A DNA stretch of 64,000 nt from Ignavibacteriales bacterium (GCA_016177735.1 JACOUS010000026.1:2375-66374); one strand, 5' to 3'. Shown: positions 30,865-41,220, numbered from the stretch's first letter. Notes: generated by a model from the letters alone, not told the origin. A program made the numbers and translations.

Positions 30865-32106
30865 ATGAAAAAGTTAATTAAAAACCCATCTCAAATTGTT
30901 ACTGTTGACACCAACGGCAAACATTGCAAAAATGGAAAAGAATCTTCTCAGGTTAATCTGTTAACCGGTTATTCAATTCTAATTGAAGACGGTTTGATAA
31001 AAGATTTTGTAAAAAATTCTTCTGCCGAAAAACTCAAAGTTGATTTTATAATCGATGCAAAAGATAAAATTGTTCTGCCCGGGTTAGTAGAATGCCACAC
31101 ACACACGGCTTTTGCCGGTTCAAGGGCAAACGAATTCCTAATGAGATTAAAAGGCGCTTCGTACGAAGAAATTGCAGAAGCCGGCGGCGGAATTATTTCT
31201 ACCGTAAAATCCGTCCGTCAGTCTTCGTTTGAAGAATTAATTGCAATAATTAAACCGCGCATCGAAAATTTTATTTCGCAAGGCATCACCACTCTCGAAA
31301 TTAAAAGCGGCTACGGTTTGAGTTATTATGATGAAATAAAACTTCTTCAGGTTATCAACTATTTCAAAAAAAGTATGCCGATTGATATCGTGCCGACTTT
31401 TCTCGGTGCGCACACATTTCCGCCCGAATACAAAAATGATCATCAGAATTACATCAAGTTGATTACCGACGAGATGCTGCCCTTCATCATAAAAAATAAT
31501 CTTGCTGAATTTGTGGATGCGTTCTGCGAAAAAAGTGCCTTCAGCGCAAACGAAGTTGATAAAATTTTTTCCAAAGCAGTTAAACTCGGTTATAAACTTC
31601 GCCTCCACACAGAACAATTTAATAATATTGGCGGCTTGGATGTTGCGATCAAACATAATTCCCTTTCGGCAGACCATCTCGAAGTAATTTCGGAAAATGA
31701 TATTGAAAAATTTTCATATAGTGAAATTGTTGCTGTACTTCTTCCCGGAGTTTCATTTTTCCTCGGCTGCAATTATGCACCGGCGCGCACTTTGATTGAC
31801 AGCGGTGCAGCTGTTGCGCTTTCGACTGATTTTAATCCGGGTTCATCGAACATCAGCAGTCTGCATTTCATAATGTCGCTCGCCGCTCTGCAAATGAAAA
31901 TGAGCGCAGAAGAAATTATTAGTGCCGTCACAATCAACGCGGCAAAGGCATTGGACTTACAGACAAAATTGGGAAGCATTGAAATCGGCAAGCAAGCCGA
32001 TTTTGCCGTGTTCGATGCAAAAGAATATTCTGAAATTATTTATAATATCGGAAGTAACTTAAATGTTATGACGGTAAAAAAAGGCGAAATCATTTTCCAA
32101 AAGTAA
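30865..32106 (+). CDS. hutI: Imidazolonepropionase
   Basis: PGLVECHTH, GGGIISTV, EIKSGYGL, TFLGAH, DHLE, STDFNPG. Confidence 0.95.
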   Translation: MKKLIKNPSQIVTVDTNGKHCKNGKESSQVNLLTGYSILIEDGLIKDFVKNSSAEKLKVDFIIDAKDKIVLPGLVECHTHTAFAGSRANEFLMRLKGASYEEIAEAGGGIISTVKSVRQSSFEELIAIIKPRIENFISQGITTLEIKSGYGLSYYDEIKLLQVINYFKKSMPIDIVPTFLGAHTFPPEYKNDHQNYIKLITDEMLPFIIKNNLAEFVDAFCEKSAFSANEVDKIFSKAVKLGYKLRLHTEQFNNIGGLDVAIKHNSLSADHLEVISENDIEKFSYSEIVAVLLPGVSFFLGCNYAPARTLIDSGAAVALSTDFNPGSSNISSLHFIMSLAALQMKMSAEEIISAVTINAAKALDLQTKLGSIEIGKQADFAVFDAKEYSEIIYNIGSNLNVMTVKKGEIIFQK

Positions 32107-32118
32107 TGCGGAGAAAAA

Positions 32119-33135
32119 ATGAAAATCATCGAATGTGTTCCAAATTTCAGCGAAGGAAGAAATCATCAGACATTCGAAGCAATTAAGCAGGCAATTAGTT
32201 CTACAAAAGATGTTAAACTGTTGAGTCTTGAACCCGATGCAGATTATAACCGCGTAGTTGTTACACTTGCCGGAAACGATGAAGGAATTTTAAACGGTGC
32301 ATTGAACACATGCCGCGCAGCCGCTGAACATATTGATATGCGCGTTCACAAAGGTGAACATCCGCGGCTGGGTGCAATTGATATTGTACCGTTTGTACCG
32401 GTTGCAAATTCAACTACCGAAGAATGCGTTGCAATTTCCGAAAAGTTTGCTGCAATAATTTCAAAAGAATTAAATGTGCCGGTCTATCTTTATGAAAGCG
32501 CCGCACGCAGACCCGAAAGAAAAAGTCTGCCGAATATACGGCAAGGTGAATACGAAGGTCTGGAAGAAAAATTAAAAGATCCGAAATGGCTGCCGGATTT
32601 TGGCGAAGCAGTGTTCAATCCGAAACTCGGCGCAATTGTAACCGGCTCACGTTTCTTTTTGATTGCATACAATGTGAACATCAGATCCACCGATGTAAAG
32701 TTCGCAAAAGAGATCGGCGAAGTTCTGCGTGAGAGCGGCTACTCAAAACGCGATGCCGACGGTAACATAATAAAAGTAGAAGGCAAACCCGTCAAAGTTC
32801 CGGGCAGATTGAAAGAAGTTAAAGGCATGGGCGTTAGTTTGGAAAAATATAATTTAACACAAGTATCGATGAACTTAACAAACTATAACGTTACACCGGT
32901 GCACATTGCTTTTGAAGAAGTGAAAAAAGAAGCGGCTCGGCTTGGCATTGAAGTCAGAGGAAGTGAAATTGTCGGACTCGTTCCTCTTCAAGCTTTGCTC
33001 GAAGCCGGAAAATTTTACACAAATAACAAAGAAACAAACAAGAAAAAATTAGTTGAATCAGCAATTGAAAATCTCGGTTTGAGTTCGTTAAATCCATTCA
33101 AGCCGGAAGAAAAAATAATTGAATACATGATCTGA
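32119..33135 (+). CDS. ftcD: Glutamate formimidoyltransferase (FT domain of FTCD)
   Basis: IIECVPNFSEGR, HKGEHPRLGA, IRQGEYEGL, LIAYNVN, QVSMNL, SEIVGLVP. Confidence 0.93.
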   Translation: MKIIECVPNFSEGRNHQTFEAIKQAISSTKDVKLLSLEPDADYNRVVVTLAGNDEGILNGALNTCRAAAEHIDMRVHKGEHPRLGAIDIVPFVPVANSTTEECVAISEKFAAIISKELNVPVYLYESAARRPERKSLPNIRQGEYEGLEEKLKDPKWLPDFGEAVFNPKLGAIVTGSRFFLIAYNVNIRSTDVKFAKEIGEVLRESGYSKRDADGNIIKVEGKPVKVPGRLKEVKGMGVSLEKYNLTQVSMNLTNYNVTPVHIAFEEVKKEAARLGIEVRGSEIVGLVPLQALLEAGKFYTNNKETNKKKLVESAIENLGLSSLNPFKPEEKIIEYMI

Positions 33136-33305
33136 AATTCTGAGGCACGAAGTGACGGAGGATCCCCTACCTACTTGTGTTTGAGATTTAATATTTGGCA
33201 AGAGTCTAAGTTTACAATGAACAAACTACTGACGCAAAACTGGGATTAGCAAACACAATAAGTTATGAGATTCTTCGTCCCGACTTTAGTCGGAACTCAG
33301 AATTT
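33135..33305. repeat. Small non-autonomous inverted-repeat element (MITE/REP-like)
   Basis: Perfect 10-bp terminal inverted repeat AAATTCTGAG (33135-33144) / CTCAGAATTT (33296-33305). Inner imperfect IR GACGGAGGATC (33154-33164) / GATTCTTCGTC (33269-33279). Each arm carries a small hairpin. Confidence 0.6.
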
Positions 33306-33322
33306 AAAAATAAGGAGTTGTC

Positions 33323-33955
33323 ATGAACCTGAATCAAACATTACAGCAATACTTTGATGATTTATCATCCAACGCACCAACACCCGGCGGCGGCAACGTT
33401 TCAGCTTTGTGCGGTGCGTTGTCGGCAAGTTTGGGAACGATGGTTTGTAGTCTTACAATCGGTAAGAAAAAATATGCCGACGTTGAAAATGAAATGAAGG
33501 AGTTGAAACCAAAACTCGAACAGTATCAAAAAAACTTTTTCGAGCTTGCACAAAAAGATAACGAAGCATTTAACAAAGTGATGGATGCATTTAAACTTCC
33601 GAAAGAAACGGATGCCGATAAAGAATTTCGTTCACAAAAAATTGAAGAAGCCACAATTGAAGCCGCCGAAGTTCCTTCCGATGCGATGAAAAATTGCTAC
33701 GACATTCTTCCACTATTAAAGATTGTTGCAGAACGAGGAAACAAAAATTCTCTTTCGGATGCCGGAGTTGCAATTGCATTAACAAGAACTGCAGTGCACG
33801 GCGCTTATTTGAATGTGCTGATTAACTGCTCTTCGTTGAATAATCAAACAATTGCAGACGAAATTAGAAAGCGCGCAGAAATTATTTTTGACGAGGTTGA
33901 AAATCTTACAACTGTTCTTCTCGACTCGATTACAAAATCGATGATGCCGTCATGA
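33323..33955 (+). CDS. Formiminotetrahydrofolate cyclodeaminase / cyclohydrolase family protein
   Basis: PTPGGGNVSAL, LTIGKKKY, DNEAF, GNKNSLSDAGV, NVLIN. Confidence 0.9.
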   Translation: MNLNQTLQQYFDDLSSNAPTPGGGNVSALCGALSASLGTMVCSLTIGKKKYADVENEMKELKPKLEQYQKNFFELAQKDNEAFNKVMDAFKLPKETDADKEFRSQKIEEATIEAAEVPSDAMKNCYDILPLLKIVAERGNKNSLSDAGVAIALTRTAVHGAYLNVLINCSSLNNQTIADEIRKRAEIIFDEVENLTTVLLDSITKSMMPS

Positions 33956-35184
33956 AAAAAATTCTAATTCTACTTTTTGTTTCAGTTACTGTTCTGTTCG
34001 CGCAGAATCAAAAAGTATTATTAGGAATTGATCTACTTGAACGTGATAACTTTTCGATACTAAACGGAAAGCGCGTTGGATTAATAACCAATCACACCGG
34101 CGTTAACAGCAATCTTGTATCAACGGTTGATCTTTTTAACAAAGCAGACAATTTTGATCTCGTTTCTGTTTTCAGTCCCGAACACGGATTCCGCGGATTT
34201 AATTCTGCCGGTGAATCTGTTGAGGATTACACAGACAGCACCGCCGGCATAAAATATTATTCGCTTTACGGCAAACGGCAAAAACCTACGGCAAAAATGC
34301 TTGCCGATATTGATCTGCTTGTTTACGATATTCAAGATATCGGATGCAGAGCGTACACTTATATTTCAACTTTGGGTTACTGCATGGAAGCGGCGGCAGA
34401 AAACAATATTGAATTTATTGTACTCGACCGCCCGAATCCGCTCGGCGGCTTGCGGATAGAAGGAAACATTGTTGAAGATAATTTTATTTCATTCGTGAGC
34501 CGCTTTAAAATTCCTTACGTGTACGGCTTAACTTGCGGCGAGCTTGCTTACCTTTTAAATGAAGAAAAAATGTTAAACGGCGGCGCTCACTGCAAACTTA
34601 ACATTGTAAAAATGAATGGCTGGCAAAGATGGATGCACTTTGAAGATACCGGTTTAATTTGGGTGCCCACTTCTGCAAATGTTCCGTTTAGTCAAATTCC
34701 TTTTTATTTGGTCGGCACCGGCGTGCTTGGCGAACTTGTGACAATTTCTATCGGCATAAGTTACACTCTCCCCTTCCAAACTTTTGCCGCAGAGTGGATT
34801 AATGCAGACACGCTTGCAGACCGAATGAACAAACTAAATTTAAGCGGAGTAATTTTCAGACCGCTTTCGTACAAAACCAATTACGGAATATGGCTCGATA
34901 AAATTTTGCACGGCGTTCAAATTCATATCACAGATTTCAATAGTGTCAATCTTCTACAACTCCAATTTTATTTTATGCAAGTCAATAACGAGTTGTGCCC
35001 CAACAAAAAAATTTTTGATCTCGCGGATTCTTCACGTATAAAAATGTTTGATAAAGTTATAGGCACGGATAAAATTAGACTGAAATTTTCGGAGTGCTAC
35101 AAAGTTGATGACATCAAAGAATATTTGGACAAAGATGTTGATAGTTTCAAAAAACTATCGGCAAAGTATTATTTGTATAATTAA
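33952..35184 (+). CDS. namZ: Exo-beta-N-acetylmuramidase NamZ family (DUF1343)
   Basis: Signal peptide; GKRVGLITNHTG, FSPEHG, SLYG, DIQDIGCRAYTY, VLDRPNPLGG, WVPTS. Confidence 0.88.
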   Translation: MKKILILLFVSVTVLFAQNQKVLLGIDLLERDNFSILNGKRVGLITNHTGVNSNLVSTVDLFNKADNFDLVSVFSPEHGFRGFNSAGESVEDYTDSTAGIKYYSLYGKRQKPTAKMLADIDLLVYDIQDIGCRAYTYISTLGYCMEAAAENNIEFIVLDRPNPLGGLRIEGNIVEDNFISFVSRFKIPYVYGLTCGELAYLLNEEKMLNGGAHCKLNIVKMNGWQRWMHFEDTGLIWVPTSANVPFSQIPFYLVGTGVLGELVTISIGISYTLPFQTFAAEWINADTLADRMNKLNLSGVIFRPLSYKTNYGIWLDKILHGVQIHITDFNSVNLLQLQFYFMQVNNELCPNKKIFDLADSSRIKMFDKVIGTDKIRLKFSECYKVDDIKEYLDKDVDSFKKLSAKYYLYN

Positions 35185-35198
35185 TGTTGATCATAAAA

Positions 35199-35456
35199 CT
35201 ACTTTGAGCGATAAATTTCTTTCCGGTACCCTGCACGTAGAATAACGATTTTATCTTTTTCTAAATCAAAAATTATACGGTAATCCCACACGCGAAAACG
35301 GTAACTTCCTATTTCAGAATTGATGAGTTTCTCAGAGTATTTTATCGGCGAGTCGGTAAAAAATTCTAAAGCGGATTTAAGTCGTTATTTAGTATGTCCA
35401 TCAAGCCGTTGAATATCTTTGACGGCGCGTTTCGTATAAACAAATTCGAATTTCAT
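35199..35456 (-). pseudogene. RelE/ParE-family toxin pseudogene (in-frame TAA at codon 24)
   Basis: MKFEFVYTKRAVKDIQRLDGHTK*RLKSALEFF...SYRFRVWDYRIIFDLEKDKIVILRAGYRKEIYRSK; the YRxRVxDYRI and G-x-RKEIY motifs are RelE-like; premature stop at 35385-35387. Confidence 0.8.
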
Positions 35457-35655
35457 TTGCTTTTGAAAACTTCATCGTGAGTGTATGTACACACTTTCTT
35501 ATAATCTTCTCGGGCTTCTCGAATACTCTTTAGGTATTCTGGACTCACTGCGGCGAGAATATCTTCAATCAATAAGGCACGTTCATTTTTTTTCATTCTC
35601 TAATTGCATTAATAATTTGTTCGGGCGTGATATTAATTCCTATCGAAATATCCAT
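35453..35655 (-). pseudogene. Antitoxin-like gene, apparently frameshifted
   Basis: MDISIGINITPEQIINAIRE* continues in another frame as MKKNERALLIEDILAAVSPEYLKSIREAREDY...THDEVFKSK*. The TGA overlaps the toxin ATG (ATGA), a typical type II TA layout. Confidence 0.6.
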
Positions 35656-35748
35656 TTGTTTATTTCCTATTATGATTTTTCACATATTCACTACCGGCAG
35701 GCTACGAAAAAAGAATAAGGAGTGTCAACATTCAAATGTAAGGTACAA

Positions 35749-37422
35749 TTAATCTTGATTTAATATTATCTCTCCCACGGGCCAGCGTGCACGGAGATTT
35801 AGAGTATCGGGATAGAATGTAAATTTCTCCGCTTGTTTGAACGGCTTTACCGAACCGTAACTGTAAACGCTGTCGTTGTTGCTATCGATAAAACTCCACA
35901 ACAAATATTTGCCCGGCACAATTTTCTTCATGCTGAATGTTTTGTTCGATTTAACTTTTTGTTTGTAAATATTTTTTTCGGGAGGGACACTTTTTAACAC
36001 AACAAAAGTATTTGCGGAATCTTCACTGTTCACAACATTGCCGGATACACCGGAAAAATCGAGCTCGCTTGCGGTTGTAAATTTCGATTCATAAACCGTA
36101 TCGCGTTTGTTGCCGCTTGCATCTTTTATATCCCGCAAATCGATCTTCAATTCGTAATCGGTTTTCTGTTTTAAGTTTGTCCCGATACGAATATCAAACT
36201 CGGCATCATCTTTGCGTTTGACATCAAAAGGAACAAAAATTTTCTTGCTGTCTTCAACTACTATTTTCTTTTCGATATCATTTAGTTCAACGCCATCATC
36301 AAACTTCACGGTAACTACCGGCTCATCGTAATCAATTTTATTTTCCTGATACTGACCAATTATTTTACTAACCGAAGGCACAACAGTGTCTTTTTCCGTT
36401 TTGACAGAAAATTGAGTTTCCTCTCTGCCGGAAAGATTGCCGGAGCGGTCAATAATTTTCTCGCTGACCAGATAATAATTGTTTTGTGGGATAAGCGAAT
36501 CAGCAATGCCGATAAAAAATTGTTTATCGCGTGCCGAACCTTTGAAAAAATATTTCGGCACTCTTTGCTTTTGAGCGGTTGAATCATAAATGTAAAAGTT
36601 CGATACCGAAATTTTACTGCTGTCAACCGGTTCGGTGAATTCAACAAGCAGATGATTTGCATCATTCATCCTAACATTTGATATTGAGGGCGGCAGAGTG
36701 TCTTCAATCGTTAAAAAGAAATCCACATTCTCGATCTTATTTTTTTCTGTTGATAAAATAATTTCTTTGAACTGCACACCGTATTCATCTTCGTTGCGGG
36801 CATATTTGAAATCCCTGAGCCTATCTTTGAATGCGAACAAATCATATTTACCCAAACCCAAACCGAGCAAAGTATATTTTCCGTTCTTCCCGACTTGCGA
36901 AATGTAATCCGGTTTTTGATTTGTAGGATCGGGCTCGTCATTCAAATGTTTGTATGCAAAAACCATCACACCGACCGGTTCATCATCATAAACTTTGCCG
37001 GCTATTGTTCCGTTATCAACTTGGCTGCCGGTTGAAAATGCAAACGTAAAGGGCTCTTCCATTTTGTTATGGTTGTTCAAATCTGCTACATCAGCACCGA
37101 TGGTAATTGTGTACGTTGTATTTTCTTTGAGTGTATCTTTGAAATAAACCGAGAGTGTTCTTCCGCTCCAATCATATTCCACACCTTTTCCAATCGGCGG
37201 TGAAATAAAAATTGCTTCTTGTGCAGATCTTTTTTCAACGTACTCGCTAAAAGTTATTTCGAAATAATCACCTTTATAATTGATTGCACCGTTAAGCGGG
37301 AAGACTTCAAGAATTTGCGGAGAAACTTTATCTACTTCTCCTCCGCCCGGCGGAAGTTGGTTTGCACATCTTGCAATAATTATAGAGAGCAGAAGAAAAA
37401 TTAATTTTGATTTGCGCGCCAT
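35749..37422 (-). CDS. Lipoprotein with Ig-like (Big_5-like) domains
   Basis: Lipobox-like ARCA followed by PPGGGEVD, ITFSEYV, LKENTTYTI, FSTG motifs. Confidence 0.75.
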   Translation of the reverse strand: MARKSKLIFLLLSIIIARCANQLPPGGGEVDKVSPQILEVFPLNGAINYKGDYFEITFSEYVEKRSAQEAIFISPPIGKGVEYDWSGRTLSVYFKDTLKENTTYTITIGADVADLNNHNKMEEPFTFAFSTGSQVDNGTIAGKVYDDEPVGVMVFAYKHLNDEPDPTNQKPDYISQVGKNGKYTLLGLGLGKYDLFAFKDRLRDFKYARNEDEYGVQFKEIILSTEKNKIENVDFFLTIEDTLPPSISNVRMNDANHLLVEFTEPVDSSKISVSNFYIYDSTAQKQRVPKYFFKGSARDKQFFIGIADSLIPQNNYYLVSEKIIDRSGNLSGREETQFSVKTEKDTVVPSVSKIIGQYQENKIDYDEPVVTVKFDDGVELNDIEKKIVVEDSKKIFVPFDVKRKDDAEFDIRIGTNLKQKTDYELKIDLRDIKDASGNKRDTVYESKFTTASELDFSGVSGNVVNSEDSANTFVVLKSVPPEKNIYKQKVKSNKTFSMKKIVPGKYLLWSFIDSNNDSVYSYGSVKPFKQAEKFTFYPDTLNLRARWPVGEIILNQD

Positions 37423-38447
37423 TCTCTGTACCGTGCTACGTTTTGAGAGTGATCATTATAAGTTGACGAAAAAAAGTGTCCGCCTTCTCCGTTGGCAACA
37501 AAGTATAAAAATTTGTGCTTCTCCGGAAACAACGCCGCCATAATTGCCTGCTTGCCCGGATTATTAATCGGTGCCGGGGGCAAACCGGCATACTTATATG
37601 TATTGAATTTTGAATCGATCTCCAAATCTTTGCGGTAAATTTTATTTTTTCTTTTATTACGAAGAATATATTGAACTGTTGGATCGGCTTGCAGCAGCAT
37701 TCCCCTTTTCAAACGATTATGATAAACGCCGGATATAGTTTTAAACTCTCCGAACAGATTTGATTCGCCGTCTATTATTGATGCCAAATTTAAAATCTGA
37801 CTCTTGCTCATCTTTAATTCTTTCATTCTCTTCTGCACTTTTTCGTCATCAAAAATTTTGTTCATCTCTTCGGAAAGTTTTCGTAAAACTTCTTCTGCAG
37901 TACTGTTCGAATAAAAATAATATGTTTCAGGCAGTAAATGTCCTTCAAGATTATCAGAATCGATTCGAAGCGAATTTAGAAACGATCTGCTTTTACTAAG
38001 TTCAATAACTTTGTTTGAATCGATTCCAAGTTTTTCATGAAGAAGCGAAGCGAGGTTATTCTGCCAGATACCTTCTGGAATCGTAACAAGTACCTCGGTA
38101 ATTGTTGAGCCGCCGATCAATAATTCAACAAGTTGAAGGTAGCTCAACCCGTTCGGAATATTATATCTGCCCGGTTGTAATTTTCTTTCGGCTCCGTAAA
38201 TGAATGCCGCAATTTTCATGTTTGTTCTGTTCGGAATAACTCCACGCTGGTAAAGTGTGTCAACAATATGTGATAAAATTTCTCCCTTTTTCACTTCTAG
38301 TTGAACCGGTTCTTTGGAATCATAATAATTCGGTGAAAAAAATGTGAAGACCAGTAATGCCAGCGCAAAGAAGAAAAATCCGGCAACAAAATGAATTTCC
38401 CTCCGCGAAAAAATTTCTTTTATATTTTTTTTGCTATTCTGCTCCAA
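37401..38447 (-). CDS. mltG: Endolytic transglycosylase MltG
   Basis: VTIPEG, LEGHLLPETY, LASII..E, NRLKRGMLLQADPT, NTYKYAGLPPAPI, FLYFVA. Confidence 0.93.
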   Translation of the reverse strand: MEQNSKKNIKEIFSRREIHFVAGFFFFALALLVFTFFSPNYYDSKEPVQLEVKKGEILSHIVDTLYQRGVIPNRTNMKIAAFIYGAERKLQPGRYNIPNGLSYLQLVELLIGGSTITEVLVTIPEGIWQNNLASLLHEKLGIDSNKVIELSKSRSFLNSLRIDSDNLEGHLLPETYYFYSNSTAEEVLRKLSEEMNKIFDDEKVQKRMKELKMSKSQILNLASIIDGESNLFGEFKTISGVYHNRLKRGMLLQADPTVQYILRNKRKNKIYRKDLEIDSKFNTYKYAGLPPAPINNPGKQAIMAALFPEKHKFLYFVANGEGGHFFSSTYNDHSQNVARYREWRANQN

Positions 38448-38504
38448 CTGATATTCCTTTTAACTTCTGAAAGATATTCAAAATCTTTTTACTGAAAGAG
38501 GCAA

Positions 38505-39572
38505 TTAATTAGTAAGTACAGATGTTTTAATAAGTGTATTTTGATGCAGACTTGGGAAAGCATTTGCGTTGAGTGAATATTCGAATCCGCATTCGTACAG
38601 TTTCAATCCGCGGTAAGCAATCATTGCGGCATTATCTCCGCAGTATTCATTTGCCGGAATAACCAATTTTTTATTGTATTGTTTTGCGATCCTTTCAAAT
38701 TCGGTTCGCAATAATTTGTTTGCAGCTACACCACCCGCTAACGAAATTGAGTTTACATTAAATTTGTGCAACGCTTTTTCAACGTTGTTCGTTAATGATT
38801 TCACAGCAGTTCTTTGGAACGATGCCGCAATTAATGCGAGATCATCTTTGGGAATTCGTTCGGGCGTGCCGTATTCTTTTTGGATAAATCTTAATACGGC
38901 AGTTTTCAATCCGCTGAAAGAAAAATCAAATTCATTTTTGCATTGCGCAACCGGGAAATCAATGAAATCATTTTTTACATTTTCTGAAAGCTGCTGAATT
39001 TTTGGTCCGCCCGGGTAACCGAGCCCGATTAGTTTAGAAACTTTATCGAATGCTTCGCCGGCAGCATCATCAACTGTAGTACCAAGCTGAATTATTTCGG
39101 TATCGCTTTTGACAATTAACAACAATGTGTGTCCGCCGGAAACAACCAAACACAAATACGGAAATTCAGGTTTGTCATCCATTAAAAATCCTGAAAATAT
39201 ATGCCCCTCGATATGATTAACCGGTACAAACGGTTTGTTCAATGAGTACGACAGCCCTTTCGCAAATGTTAATCCGACAAGCAGTGCACCGATTAATCCG
39301 GGTCCGGCTGTTGAGCAGACTAAATCAACATCGCTCAAAGTAATGCTGGATTTTTGCAGCGCTTGCTTGATTAGCGGAAGAAGAATTTGCAGATGTGCTC
39401 TGCTCGAAAGTTCCGGCACTACTCCGCCGAATTCCGTATGGAAATCTTGTGAAGAAATAAGATTGGCATAAAGGCTTCCGTTTTTAATTACTGCAACAGA
39501 AGTCTCATCGCACGATGTTTCAATTCCCAGAACGTTTAGTGTTTCCACCTTTCGATTTCCTATGCTTTGCAA
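38505..39572 (-). CDS. tsaD: tRNA N6-threonylcarbamoyladenosine synthase TsaD
   Basis: LGIETSCDET, GGVVPELSSRAH, HIEGH, VSGGHT, DDAAGEAFDK, FSFSGLKT, DNAAMIA. Start uncertain. Confidence 0.97.
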   Translation of the reverse strand: MQSIGNRKVETLNVLGIETSCDETSVAVIKNGSLYANLISSQDFHTEFGGVVPELSSRAHLQILLPLIKQALQKSSITLSDVDLVCSTAGPGLIGALLVGLTFAKGLSYSLNKPFVPVNHIEGHIFSGFLMDDKPEFPYLCLVVSGGHTLLLIVKSDTEIIQLGTTVDDAAGEAFDKVSKLIGLGYPGGPKIQQLSENVKNDFIDFPVAQCKNEFDFSFSGLKTAVLRFIQKEYGTPERIPKDDLALIAASFQRTAVKSLTNNVEKALHKFNVNSISLAGGVAANKLLRTEFERIAKQYNKKLVIPANEYCGDNAAMIAYRGLKLYECGFEYSLNANAFPSLHQNTLIKTSVLTN

Positions 39573-39637
39573 ACAATTAATTCATTTTGATACTTCGACA
39601 ATAACCTGAACATTAAAAAGATGGAAGCTTTCATGGG

Positions 39638-40537
39638 TTAGTTAAATAAAAAAATACTTTTTGTTATATGCCAAGCCATGTTCGGATTTTCTTGCAGTCT
39701 GCGGATTGAATATTTGTACCAGTGTTCGCCGAACGGAACATATATTCTGATTTTGTAACCGTCGCCATTAATTTTATCACGAAGCCTTTCTTTCACACCA
39801 TAGAGCATCTGAAATTCAAATTTATCCTTCGAAAGATTTTTTTGTTTGATCACCTCGTAAGCTTTTTCAACGAGATAATCATCGTGCGTTGCAATGCCGA
39901 TATAATTTCCGTGTTCCAAAAGGTAATCGACAATTTCTACAAAATTATCGCGCACTTTTTGTTTTTCTTTGAAAGCAATTTCTTCCGGTTCGATATAAAT
40001 ACCCTTGCAGACTCTGTAATTTGTTCCATTCATGCCGGAAGCTTTTACATCGTTAATTGTTCTTCGCAAGTAAGCCTGAATAACCACACCAACATTATTA
40101 TACTTTTGATGAACGCTTCGGTACAATTCAAGAATTGCATTTGTAGTTGAAGAATCTTCCATGTCAATCCGTACAAAATTATTGTAACCTTTTGCTCTTT
40201 CTAAAATTTCTTCAACTTGTGCTAGGCATAAATCTTTATCGATTTCCAAACCGAGTTGAGTAGGTTTCAACGATAAATTTGCATCGAGGTTGTTTTTGTG
40301 GATTGCGTCCAAAACTAGCAAGCATTCTTTTTTTGCTTCCTCGGCTTCTTTTTTTGTTGTGATTGATTCTCCGAGTACATCCATCGTCGCACAGATGCCT
40401 TTTGCATTCAACTCCTTAACAACCTGAACAGCCTCTTCTAATTTTTCGCCGGCGATATACTTTTTCGCAAATACATGGACAACTGATTTGGGAAGTAATT
40501 TTACTACTGAAACGATTAGACTATTAATGGGATTCAC
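39638..40537 (-). CDS. Monofunctional proline dehydrogenase
   Basis: YIAGE, SLKPTQLG, RIDMED, QAYL, CKGIY, ATHD, EFQMLYG, YVPFG..WY.Y..RRL.E. Confidence 0.93.
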   Translation of the reverse strand: MNPINSLIVSVVKLLPKSVVHVFAKKYIAGEKLEEAVQVVKELNAKGICATMDVLGESITTKKEAEEAKKECLLVLDAIHKNNLDANLSLKPTQLGLEIDKDLCLAQVEEILERAKGYNNFVRIDMEDSSTTNAILELYRSVHQKYNNVGVVIQAYLRRTINDVKASGMNGTNYRVCKGIYIEPEEIAFKEKQKVRDNFVEIVDYLLEHGNYIGIATHDDYLVEKAYEVIKQKNLSKDKFEFQMLYGVKERLRDKINGDGYKIRIYVPFGEHWYKYSIRRLQENPNMAWHITKSIFLFN

Positions 40538-40620
40538 TTCAGCACCTTTTTTTGAAAATTCGTAGGAACAAAATTAGGCGAAGCCGCCGCTTAAGTCAAG
40601 GTAAGATATGCTTGTCCGGC

Positions 40621-41220
40621 TTACCCGGCTAATGTTTTAATTATTCGAAGCATGAAGAAAATTTTTTCCGCCAAAGCTTTTTTTGTAGAATTGTTTTCAA
40701 TAATAAAGTGAGACAATATTTTTTTTTTCGAATCAGGCAGTTGAAACATCAATCTCTTTTTAACTTCGTCGGATTGCACACCGTCTCTTTTAATAACTCT
40801 GTTTATTCTTGTAGTTTCATCACTGCTGACGAGCAGTATATAATCAAACATTTTTTCGATGCGGGCTTCAAATATCAACGCCGATTCAACAAATACAATT
40901 TTCGATTTCGTTTCTTTGATTATTTTTTTTATTTCACGAATTACCGGCGGGTGAACGATCGAATTAATTTTTTCTACGTTCTTCTTTTTTGAAAAAACAT
41001 TTTCCGCGAGAAATTTGGCATTGAGCCCGCCGTTGGAAAAAGTTTCTTCGCCAAAATTTTTTACCAATTGTTTTTTGATTTTGGAATCGGTGAGCATCAA
41101 CTCTTTTGCAAGCAGATCGGAACGAATTACGGAATAACCTTCGCTTTCAATCAAATCGGATACAATTGATTTCCCCGATCCTATATTTCCGGTGATTCCG
41201 ATTACTAATTTTTTCTTCAT
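40621..41220 (-). CDS. coaE: Dephospho-CoA kinase
   Basis: IGITGNIGSGKS P-loop, IVHPPV, ESALIFE, IIENN. Confidence 0.95.
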   Translation of the reverse strand: MKKKLVIGITGNIGSGKSIVSDLIESEGYSVIRSDLLAKELMLTDSKIKKQLVKNFGEETFSNGGLNAKFLAENVFSKKKNVEKINSIVHPPVIREIKKIIKETKSKIVFVESALIFEARIEKMFDYILLVSSDETTRINRVIKRDGVQSDEVKKRLMFQLPDSKKKILSHFIIENNSTKKALAEKIFFMLRIIKTLAG

